Shown here in pieces: positions 8,698 through 16,904 of a stretch of DNA of 53,221 nt. The notes under the pieces are model-generated. The model made no database searches. It saw only the letters and a program-made list of their open reading frames with translations, and was not told the origin of the DNA. The translations under genes were made by a program, and so were the position numbers. Within the stretch, counting starts at the first letter, position 1. Every line of letters starts with the position of its first letter. Origin of the DNA: Acidobacteriota bacterium. GTDB taxonomy: Bacteria > Acidobacteriota > Terriglobia > Terriglobales > Acidobacteriaceae. The stretch covers positions 1-53,221 of the forward strand of contig JAKAQS010000001.1 of assembly GCA_021819585.1 (NCBI GenBank). The letters are read 5' to 3'.

Positions 8698-11550
8698 TCA
8701 TCGGCTGTGGATCACATATTGACCGGAAGCGCTCAAAACCAGCACCGCTCTCGCGCCGCCCTCCGCGGAGCGCACGCTCATGGGCTTGCCATTCACGTCC
8801 ACCTGGGAGGTCGCCCCTGAAACCGGTACAGAGACCGTCGCCGTGGTCGCCGCAGGAAGATCCACCTCCGTGGTATAACCATCCTGCTTGTGGATGCTCA
8901 CCTTCAGCATCCCGCGCGGCGTCGGCTCTCCACCCTTGGCCCAGGAGAGATCGAGCAGGTCCGGACGGATGTTGACCGTGGAGAATCCCGGCCCGGTGGC
9001 CTTGATGCCGATCACCTGCTCCATCAGCCAGGGCGTCACGCCGCTGGACCAGCCGTGCGCCAGGCTCACCCGGTAACCGGACATGTTATCCGCTTGCAGG
9101 GATGCATGAAAGTCAACGCCCTTGTACCACGCAGGATCATACCCCTCCCAGAAGCTCGTCGCTCCCTCCTGGGTCATGCCGCCCCAGTACTGGCGTATCC
9201 AGTTCAGCGCCGACTGCCGATGTCCCATCTTCGCCATGGCGCTCACCACGTAGTAGTTGTAATAGGGCGTAATGATAAAGGGGTTGTACTTGATGTGTCC
9301 TACGGTGGAAAGAGCGTCCTTCCAGATCGCCGGATACTGCGCGGGGTCCGCCACGCCGGAGAGCACCGCATAGGCGTTGGTCTGCCACCGGTCCCCGTAG
9401 GATCCCGATGAGTCCTGCAGATACTGCTGAGCGGCCGTCTTCAGCTTCTGCGCCTCCGCCGCAAACTTCCGCGCATTGGCATCGTCATTCAACTGCCGCA
9501 GCAGATAGGCTCCATCCTTGAACGCCGCATAGAACTCGAACTGGGTCGCCATCCGGGTCAACGGCGTATCTCCGCTCAGCTCCGGAGACCAGTCCACAAA
9601 GGTCCACGCGTGGTTCTTGTCCGTAAACAGGTTGCGGCGGTTCATCTCCAGCTCCATGTAGTTCAGCAGTTGCACCATGCGGGCATGGGTCTGCTGCAAC
9701 TGCTTCATCGAGCCTGTATGCAGAAAATACTCCTTCTCGCCGGTCAGCCAGAAGGCGGAGTATCCCGGGATGCCATTGACATCGCTGCGTACGGGATTGG
9801 TTCCCAGCAGATGATCGAGCGTGTCATCCATCAGGAAGTTGCCGCCGAAGGCGTCCTCGATGGTGCGTCCGCTCACGTCAAGGTCGGCCATCCAGCGGCC
9901 GCGATCGCGCTTGGGTCCGTCCCAGATGTCGTCCTGCATGCACAGGTGCGCGGTGTAGGCGCCGATCGCCCACATCAGGTTCAACTGCTTGTCGGAGGAG
10001 TCGAAGTAGCCCTGGTAGTTCACCGGATAGGCGATCCCGTCCAGCCGGATGGCCTTGAAGTTCATCTGCCGGCCGCCCACAAAGCGCACCAGCGCATAGC
10101 GGAAGGCGCTCTTGGGGCCGTAGGCTGTGCCATTCGCAGCCACGTGGACCGGGTCAACGCCCAGGTAAGGATCGGAGAGCGCCTCCATCTCCGACTCACC
10201 GTATTGCACCGTTACATCCATCGGCGTATCGACGTCAGAATCAAACTCCAGGCGTCCGGCCACCTCGCGTCGAAAGTCCAGCAGAATCGACGGCGCCTGA
10301 TACTTTGTAAGCCGTCCTGCCGGGAGCGTCACCCGCAGGTCCTCGCCGCCCAGCGTCAGGGCCTCGGGATGCGCGATCTTCCCGGAGCCGTTGTACACAT
10401 CCTGCACGCTTGCCGCGCGCAGCGAGTAGTGTCCCAGAAACGGCGAGATGCCGTCATAGCCCGGCCAGGCATACATCCCGGCATCGGCGTTCCACTGGAA
10501 GAACTCAAGTGAGCTCTCCACTCCTCCCAGGCAATCGGCTGCGCTCCAGCCGCTGTCGTTGAACCCCGGATTTTGCCACCCTGGAGTGAGCCGCATACTC
10601 GCCTTCCAGTTGGCATCGCTGATCAGCAGCGGCGCCGCGCTCACTCCCAACGCCGCCGGCACAATCTTCATCGCCATCACCTTGCCCTGTATCTGCTGGG
10701 CGCCGAGCCGATTGCCCTCTTGAACGCCCCGCCGCGGCCCACGTATGGCTTCAATGGCGACAACATTGCTCCCCGCCTGCAGAGCCTTGGTCACGTCAAA
10801 CGCATACACGCGGATACCCATCGGAAAGGAGAGATCGAGCTGATACCGGCCCACCTTTCGGCCATTCACATAGATCGTGGCCTGACGCGGGCCGGCTACG
10901 TACATCTCCGCCCGCCCGGGAACCCGGGAGAGCGTGAACGTGCGCCGGAAGTAGTGCGAATCCAGATCTTGCCCTTTCCCGGTACCCCAGCTTTTATCCG
11001 AAGTTGGAACACTTGGAACCGCATCCTCCGTGGTCCAGATGTACTGCTCCGGCAGGGGCGTATGGACCGCCGACTCCAGGGTTAGATCAACCGCGTTGCG
11101 CGCCGCGTCTAGTTGTTCGATGGGAATTTTCGTGGGACCATCCGCTGGATCTCCCATCTGCGCCGGCATCCGGGACGGAACCCCGGCGGCGGCCATCCAA
11201 AGAACCATGGGAGGGCTCTTCAACAGCCAACGAACCTCGACCGTGTCTCCTGGGCGTTTGGCGTGAAGCCCGCTCTCGAACCAGGCGATCAGGTAATAAC
11301 GCTGGAATGGATTCAGAGCGACACGAAACCAACTTGCCAGCATCAGAGCCGACAGCCCGAGGCAGAGCAAAGGAGCACCCAGAAACCATCCCCAAGGCAA
11401 TCGCTTTCTGCCGCTCACCACTTCTCCTTCGTCTCGCCCTCCCTGGTCGAGAGGATTCTTCAACACCTTGCAGGCCCTTTTGAGGTACTGCGTGTCTACC
11501 TGCCGCGGATTTCGAACATAAAATCTGGCTGAACTTGCTTCTGATTTCAC
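8698..11550 (-). CDS. GH78 alpha-L-rhamnosidase-like protein with an apparently foreign N-terminal ~115 aa
   Basis: LLDF.REVAG, DGPKRDRGRW..D, GATSFWE and SLAHGWSSG motifs. Start uncertain: 11550 (GTG), 11463 (TTG) or 11208 (ATG). Confidence 0.82.
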   Translation of the reverse strand: MKSEASSARFYVRNPRQVDTQYLKRACKVLKNPLDQGGRDEGEVVSGRKRLPWGWFLGAPLLCLGLSALMLASWFRVALNPFQRYYLIAWFESGLHAKRPGDTVEVRWLLKSPPMVLWMAAAGVPSRMPAQMGDPADGPTKIPIEQLDAARNAVDLTLESAVHTPLPEQYIWTTEDAVPSVPTSDKSWGTGKGQDLDSHYFRRTFTLSRVPGRAEMYVAGPRQATIYVNGRKVGRYQLDLSFPMGIRVYAFDVTKALQAGSNVVAIEAIRGPRRGVQEGNRLGAQQIQGKVMAMKIVPAALGVSAAPLLISDANWKASMRLTPGWQNPGFNDSGWSAADCLGGVESSLEFFQWNADAGMYAWPGYDGISPFLGHYSLRAASVQDVYNGSGKIAHPEALTLGGEDLRVTLPAGRLTKYQAPSILLDFRREVAGRLEFDSDVDTPMDVTVQYGESEMEALSDPYLGVDPVHVAANGTAYGPKSAFRYALVRFVGGRQMNFKAIRLDGIAYPVNYQGYFDSSDKQLNLMWAIGAYTAHLCMQDDIWDGPKRDRGRWMADLDVSGRTIEDAFGGNFLMDDTLDHLLGTNPVRSDVNGIPGYSAFWLTGEKEYFLHTGSMKQLQQTHARMVQLLNYMELEMNRRNLFTDKNHAWTFVDWSPELSGDTPLTRMATQFEFYAAFKDGAYLLRQLNDDANARKFAAEAQKLKTAAQQYLQDSSGSYGDRWQTNAYAVLSGVADPAQYPAIWKDALSTVGHIKYNPFIITPYYNYYVVSAMAKMGHRQSALNWIRQYWGGMTQEGATSFWEGYDPAWYKGVDFHASLQADNMSGYRVSLAHGWSSGVTPWLMEQVIGIKATGPGFSTVNIRPDLLDLSWAKGGEPTPRGMLKVSIHKQDGYTTEVDLPAATTATVSVPVSGATSQVDVNGKPMSVRSAEGGARAVLVLSASGQYVIHSR

Positions 11551-11665
11551 CCAGCGGCCGCGTGAAAGAGGTTTGGCAGACGGTGCTAGGTCGCGACCGG
11601 TGCGGCCGACGGTTTGACATCGCCTTCGGTGGCCTCAATCTTCCGCGGATCTTCGGGCGTCATTT
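11210..11665 (-). pseudogene. Possible decayed mobilisation-module remnant (accessory protein + coupling-protein N-terminus)
   Basis: Interrupted reading MTPEDPRK...VAT*HRLPNLFHAAAG*NQKQVQPDFMFEIR/VDTQYLKRACKVL followed by KNPLDQGGRDE...WFRVALNPFQRYYLIAW...EVRWLLKS; resemblance to acidobacterial conjugative-element proteins is from memory only. Confidence 0.35.
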
Positions 11666-11866
11666 GGGTTCCTATGGGTTTTGGCGAGCAAACTGAAGCG
11701 CCCCTCCTCGCCTGGAAGCAACGGAAGCGCTTGCAGGCCAAGCAGGCGGGAAGGTCTTATCAGAAAACTCCACATGAAGAACAGCCTACGCATGGCACTT
11801 TCGAAGGTCAAGCGAACCCCTTTCGGACTGCCGGCCACAGACGCCGAGGGCTTAAAAACCGTCGGT

Positions 11867-11872
11867 TATACT
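11867..11872 (+). promoter_or_regulatory. Candidate -10 box (TATACT) for the pyr operon
   Basis: TATACT about 24 bp upstream of the ATG at 11896; no clear -35. Confidence 0.35.
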
Positions 11873-11895
11873 TGGAGACATAGGCGGTCGAATGC

Positions 11896-12963
11896 ATGTC
11901 TTCTGAGCCGTTTTACGATCCGGCAAAGTCTTATCTGGACAACTTCGAACATGGCCCCTTTGGCCTCTTCGCCAACACCTCCCCCTCCTTTCCAGCCAGA
12001 CCACCCCAACACCAGTTTCTCGGCCATCCCGTTGATGCTCCCTTTGGCATCCCTGCCGGGCCGCTGATCAATGGGAAGTTTGTCAAGGCAGCGCTGGACA
12101 TGGGGTTCGATATTCCGGTCTACAAGACGGTGCGGACGCGGCGGCAGGCCTGCCACGCATGGCCGAACGTGCTGGCGGTCAAGGTCGCCGGGGACCTCAA
12201 GCCCGACCAGACCTTGGTTGCCGGCAGCGATTACAGTGAACCGTTGTCGATCACGAACTCATTTGGTGTGCCCTCCTTTGACCCGGACTTCTGGCAGCCG
12301 GATATGGCGGATGCGGCTGCGTACGCTCGGCCCGGCCAGGTGGTGGTGGGCAGCTTTCAAGCGACGCTGCCGGAGAACGGCAGCGCAGCCGCGTACCTCC
12401 AGGACTTCCGTCTGGGAGCGAGACTGGTGAAGGAGACCGGCGTCAAGGTGATGGAGGTGAATCTGAGTTGCCCGAATGAGGGCACAGCGAATCTACTGTG
12501 CTTTGATATTGCGCGCTCGCGGCAGGTGGTGGAGGCGATCAAGGAAGAGATCGGCAGCCTGCCCCTGGTGATCAAGATGGCGTACTACAAGGATCAGGCC
12601 CAGTTGCAGACCTTTATCCGCGAAGTAGGAGGCGTTGTGGATGGCATCGCATCGATCAATACCATCGCTGCCGAAGTGCGCGATGCGTCTGGCCGGCAGG
12701 CGCTTCCCGGGGAGGGGCGTCTGCGTAGTGGCGTCTGCGGGAGTGCGGTGAAGTGGGCGGGACTGGAGATGGCCTCGCGGCTGGCGCGCCTGCGCGCCGA
12801 GTTGGGAATGAAGTTTGCCATCATCGGTGTAGGCGGTGCGGGAAGCGCGGCAGCCTTTGATGAGTACCGCCGCGCCGGAGCCGATGTGGTGATGTCGGCC
12901 ACCGGGGCGATGTGGAATCCCAAGCTGGCGCAGGAGATCAAGGGGCAGGCGCATGAACTTTGA
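11896..12963 (+). CDS. pyrD: Divergent dihydroorotate dehydrogenase-like FMN oxidoreductase (class 1-like)
   Basis: GIPAGP, YKT, ITNSFG, EVNLSCPN (Cys), INT and IIGVGG motifs; first gene of a pyrimidine operon. Confidence 0.75.
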   Translation: MSSEPFYDPAKSYLDNFEHGPFGLFANTSPSFPARPPQHQFLGHPVDAPFGIPAGPLINGKFVKAALDMGFDIPVYKTVRTRRQACHAWPNVLAVKVAGDLKPDQTLVAGSDYSEPLSITNSFGVPSFDPDFWQPDMADAAAYARPGQVVVGSFQATLPENGSAAAYLQDFRLGARLVKETGVKVMEVNLSCPNEGTANLLCFDIARSRQVVEAIKEEIGSLPLVIKMAYYKDQAQLQTFIREVGGVVDGIASINTIAAEVRDASGRQALPGEGRLRSGVCGSAVKWAGLEMASRLARLRAELGMKFAIIGVGGAGSAAAFDEYRRAGADVVMSATGAMWNPKLAQEIKGQAHEL

Positions 12964-13606
12964 ACTCCGCAGCCGTGAGATCGCCAGGGCGTTATTGGCC
13001 ATTCAAGGGGTGGGATTTCGGCCCACGGCGCCGATTACATTCAAGTCCGGCATCCAGTCGCCAGTGTACTGCGACAACCGGCGCTTTCCCTTCTGGCCGG
13101 AGCAGTGGGCCAAGGTGATCGACGGCTTCGAGGCCCTCGTTGCGGAACGCCAGATTCCGGTCGACGTCATCGGGGGAGTGGAGGCTGCGGGGATTCCGCA
13201 CAGCGCGGCGCTGGGGTTCGCCATGCGCAAACCGTCGGTCTTCATTCGCAAGGAGCCGAAGGAGCACGGGACGAAGCGGCGCGTGGAGGGCGGCGATGTT
13301 GCCGGCCGGCGCGTGGTGCTGGTGGAAGACCTTGTCACCACCGGGGGAAGCAGTATGACAGCCATCGAGGCGCTGCGCGCCGAAGGGGCGATGGTCAGCG
13401 ATTGTCTGGCGATCATCAGCTACGACCTTCCCGAGGCGCTGGAGTCCTTCGCCCAGGGCGGTGTGCGGCTGCACGTGACGACGACCTTCCCCGTGGTGCT
13501 CCAGTGCGCCGTGGAACAGGGTGTGATCGATGAAGCTGGAGCCGCTCTGGTGCGGGATTGGCTCCGCGAACCGCGTTCCTGGGCCAAACGGCAGGGGTTC
13601 GAGTAA
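12953..13606 (+). CDS. pyrE: Orotate phosphoribosyltransferase
   Basis: FKSGIQSPVYCDNR, IRKEPKEHG, PRPP-binding VVLVEDLVTTGGS. Confidence 0.95.
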   Translation: MNFELRSREIARALLAIQGVGFRPTAPITFKSGIQSPVYCDNRRFPFWPEQWAKVIDGFEALVAERQIPVDVIGGVEAAGIPHSAALGFAMRKPSVFIRKEPKEHGTKRRVEGGDVAGRRVVLVEDLVTTGGSSMTAIEALRAEGAMVSDCLAIISYDLPEALESFAQGGVRLHVTTTFPVVLQCAVEQGVIDEAGAALVRDWLREPRSWAKRQGFE

Positions 13607-13612
13607 CACGCG

Positions 13613-14494
13613 ATGAATCAGGCGATCGAAAAGTTCGAGCGGCGAGCAGAGGCGGTCAACTCCCTGCTGTGTGTGGGATTGGATCCAGAGCTGGAGCGGA
13701 TTCCCGCTCACTTCCGGCGTCAGGAGCATCCCTTCTTCGCCTTCAATCGCTCGATCATCGAGCAGACTCACCTCTACGCTGCGGCCTACAAGCCCAATAT
13801 GGCCTTCTTCGAGGCTCGCGGGATCGAAGGTCTCCGAGAGCTTGAACTGACCATGGAGTATCTGCGTTGCGAGCATCCGGACGTCTTTACCATCTGTGAC
13901 GCCAAGCGTGGTGATATTGGCAACACCAACCGCGGCTACGCGGCATCGATCTTCGATGTCATGGGCTTCGACGCTGTGACTCTTCATCCTTACCTGGGAC
14001 GAGAGGCTCTGCTGCCGTTTCTTGACAGGACAGACAAGGCGAGCATTGTGCTCTGCCGAACCTCAAATCCCGGAGCCGGGGAGTTGCAGGATCTCGACTG
14101 CAACGGCAGGCCGCTATGGGAGGTGGTCGCCCGGCAGGTGGCTTCGCAGTGGAATGCGGCAGGCAACTGCATGCTGGTGGTGGGTGCGACCTATCCCGAA
14201 GAGATGCGAAGGATCCGTGACGTGGCGCCGGAGATTCCGTTCCTTGTGCCCGGAGTCGGCGCTCAGGGCGGCGATGTAGCCGCCGTGGTGGCGGCGGGCC
14301 TGCAAGCCAGAGCAAGCGGCTTCGCGGAGCCAGTTTCAAGTTCGGGGCCGGCCGGGTTGTTGATCAGCAGTTCGCGAGGCATCCTCTTCAGCGAGGATCC
14401 GGCTACGGCGGCGCGTACGCTGCGCGATGAGATCAATGTTGCGCGAGAGGCTGCAGGCCGCGCGAGGAAGGGAAGTACACATGCTGCGTCTTGA
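13613..14494 (+). CDS. pyrF: Orotidine-5'-phosphate decarboxylase
   Basis: LCVGLDP, YKPN.AFFE, DAKRGDIGNT, RTSNPG, LVPGVGAQGG, SSSRGI. Confidence 0.95.
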   Translation: MNQAIEKFERRAEAVNSLLCVGLDPELERIPAHFRRQEHPFFAFNRSIIEQTHLYAAAYKPNMAFFEARGIEGLRELELTMEYLRCEHPDVFTICDAKRGDIGNTNRGYAASIFDVMGFDAVTLHPYLGREALLPFLDRTDKASIVLCRTSNPGAGELQDLDCNGRPLWEVVARQVASQWNAAGNCMLVVGATYPEEMRRIRDVAPEIPFLVPGVGAQGGDVAAVVAAGLQARASGFAEPVSSSGPAGLLISSSRGILFSEDPATAARTLRDEINVAREAAGRARKGSTHAAS

Positions 14495-15722
14495 GGGCAG
14501 AGTCGCCAACCACGACGGTGAGTTTGAAGCCGCTATCGAGATCAATACCGAGACCGGATTGATCGAAAGCGTAGGACCGCCTGCGGGCAGAAGCGACCTC
14601 GATCTGCGCGGGCAAATCATCTTTCCCGGCTTCGGCGACATCCATATTCATGCCCGTGAGGATGCCGGCCAGACGCAAGTTTACAAAGAAGACTTTGCCA
14701 CCGTCTCAGCGGCGGCCATTCATGGCGGCGTGACCCAGGTCGCGGATATGCCGAATAATCCGGTGGCGCCTGTAGATGAGCGGCGCTACTTGGAGAAGCA
14801 GCGGCTCACGGCCAGTTCAGCAGTGCATGTCACCCTGTACGCGGGCATTGGGCCACAGACCAGCCCGCTCGAGCGGCATGTGCCGTACAAGGCATTCATG
14901 GGGCCGTCGGTGGGGGATCTGTTCTTCTCCTCGCAGGAAGAGCTTGAGATCGTCATCTCAAGATACCGTGGCCGGAATGTGAGCTTTCACTGCGAAGATC
15001 CGGTGATTTTGCGCGAGAGCCGAGGGGAGCCGACGCATGAGCAACGGAGGCCGGCGCGGGCCGAGATTACGGCGACGGAGTTTGCCCTGTACCTTATCGA
15101 GAAGTATGACTTGGTGGGGAAACTGTGCCATTACTCCACCAAAGGCGGACTAGAGAAGATCGCCGCGGCCAAGGCGCGCGGGGTGAAGGTGACTGCAGAG
15201 GCGACGCCGCATCATCTGTTCTTCGACGATTCGATGCTGACCGAGGAAAATCGGCTGTGGCTGCGGATGAATCCTCCCCTGCGCGGCAGAGAGGACCGGC
15301 TGGCGCTGATCGAAGCGCTGCGCCAGGGACTGGTGGATTATGTGGCCACGGACCACGCTCCTCATACCCTGGAAGAAAAGATGCAAGGCATAAGCGGGGT
15401 TCCGCATCTGGACACCTACGGAGATTTTGCCACCTGGTTGATGGCCGAGCATGGTTTTACCCCAACACAGATTGCGCGGGTGTGCGCCTGGAATCCAGGC
15501 CGGTTTGTGAACGAGTTTCTCCCGGAGGGATTTGGGAAGGGATACGGAGTGATTGCGCCCGGCTATGTTGGGTCGCTCACCATCCTGAATCCGGATGCGC
15601 CGCACCTGGTGCGGCGCGAAGCCATGAAGACAAAGTGCGGCTGGAGCCCGTTTGAGGGATATACGTTGCCCGGCCGTGTGACCTACACCATATTGCAAGG
15701 CAGGGTTTACCCGGCAAGGTAA
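14481..15722 (+). CDS. pyrC: Dihydroorotase (amidohydrolase family)
   Basis: DIHIHAR, DMPNN, HCED, EATPHHL, MNPPLR, TDHAPH, TKCGWSPFEG; ATG 14481 with purine-rich RBS. Confidence 0.9.
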   Translation: MLRLEGRVANHDGEFEAAIEINTETGLIESVGPPAGRSDLDLRGQIIFPGFGDIHIHAREDAGQTQVYKEDFATVSAAAIHGGVTQVADMPNNPVAPVDERRYLEKQRLTASSAVHVTLYAGIGPQTSPLERHVPYKAFMGPSVGDLFFSSQEELEIVISRYRGRNVSFHCEDPVILRESRGEPTHEQRRPARAEITATEFALYLIEKYDLVGKLCHYSTKGGLEKIAAAKARGVKVTAEATPHHLFFDDSMLTEENRLWLRMNPPLRGREDRLALIEALRQGLVDYVATDHAPHTLEEKMQGISGVPHLDTYGDFATWLMAEHGFTPTQIARVCAWNPGRFVNEFLPEGFGKGYGVIAPGYVGSLTILNPDAPHLVRREAMKTKCGWSPFEGYTLPGRVTYTILQGRVYPAR

Positions 15723-15736
15723 GGGAGAGTTCTCCG

Positions 15737-16663
15737 ATGGAAAAACTCAAGCACGTCATCAGCTCCCGGCAGTTCAAGGATCCAGGATTTTTGCTTTCGT
15801 TGTTCGAGTCGGCGCATCAGATGGAGCGCGATGATGTGTTTCACGCTTTGACGGATCCGCTACGCGGCCGCATTCTGGCAACGCTGTTCTTCGAGCCAAG
15901 TACGCGCACTCGATTCTCCTTTGAGGCGGCGATGCAGAAGCTCGGCGGGGGCGTGCTCACCTCAGAGAACGCCAAAGCCAACTCCTCAGCCACCAAAGGC
16001 GAGACGATCAGCGATACGGTGCGCATTGTCAGCGGGTATGCGGATGCCATTGCGATCCGGCATTACGAGCAAGGAGCGGCGGAGGCCGCGGCCAGAATCT
16101 CCCCAGTGCCGATCATCAACGCAGGCGATGGGGTGGGAGAGCATCCGACCCAGGCCCTGGCGGATATCTATACCATCAAAAAAGAGCTGGGAAGGTTGAG
16201 CGGCTTGCGGGTGGCCCTGGTGGGCGATCTGTTGAATGGAAGAACCATCCACTCCCTGCTGCCGCTGCTCTGCCTGTATCCCGGAGTAACCATCGATCTC
16301 CTCTCACCTGCGCAGTTGAGGCTTCCTCCGCTGTACCGTGAGTTCCTGGCGGAGAAGGGAGTCGCCTTCCATGAGGGAGAAAGACTGGAAGGGGTGATCG
16401 AGCAGGCCGACGTGGCCTACATAACGCGCGTCCAGAGCGAAAGGTTTGTCTCCAAGCAGGAGTATGACGCGGTCAAGGATGTCTATATCATCGATGCCGA
16501 GACGGCCAACCGGCTGAAGCCGGAGGCGATCATCATGCATCCCTTGCCGCGCGTGAATGAGATCTCCCCAGAGGTGGATGCCAATACCCGGGCAGCCTAC
16601 TTCAAGCAGGCCAAGAACAGTCTCTACATCCGCATGGCGCTGCTCAAGAACCTATTGGCGTAG
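15737..16663 (+). CDS. pyrB: Aspartate carbamoyltransferase catalytic subunit
   Basis: FFEPSTRTRFSF, INAGDG.GEHPTQAL, TRVQ.ER, MHPLPRV. Confidence 0.96.
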   Translation: MEKLKHVISSRQFKDPGFLLSLFESAHQMERDDVFHALTDPLRGRILATLFFEPSTRTRFSFEAAMQKLGGGVLTSENAKANSSATKGETISDTVRIVSGYADAIAIRHYEQGAAEAAARISPVPIINAGDGVGEHPTQALADIYTIKKELGRLSGLRVALVGDLLNGRTIHSLLPLLCLYPGVTIDLLSPAQLRLPPLYREFLAEKGVAFHEGERLEGVIEQADVAYITRVQSERFVSKQEYDAVKDVYIIDAETANRLKPEAIIMHPLPRVNEISPEVDANTRAAYFKQAKNSLYIRMALLKNLLA

Positions 16664-16904
16664 AAGTTTGCGACGGCGTAGATCGCCGTTCGTGATTGCG
16701 GGGATCACGTGGCAGCCATGCCGGCCGGAGAGGTATTCGAACGCAGTTTTACCGCGGAAGAGGCGCCCGGGGACAGACGAGGCAGTGTGCATCCTGGCAG
16801 GAGTATGCCGCTGCCCAAGCAAAGGAAGATCCCGCCTGCGGGCAGCGTTTGATTCGCGGTCCAGGACTTCGAACTTCCCAGGCGTCCAGATCGCGCGAAG
16901 AGGA

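Noticed and set aside
11792-11810. Sigma54 promoter (TGGCAC), also seen at ~30843
   Set aside because: No TTGC -12 element at the correct spacing.
11700-11895. PyrR attenuator or riboswitch before the pyr operon
   Set aside because: No PyrR-binding loop consensus or terminator/U-tract found by eye.
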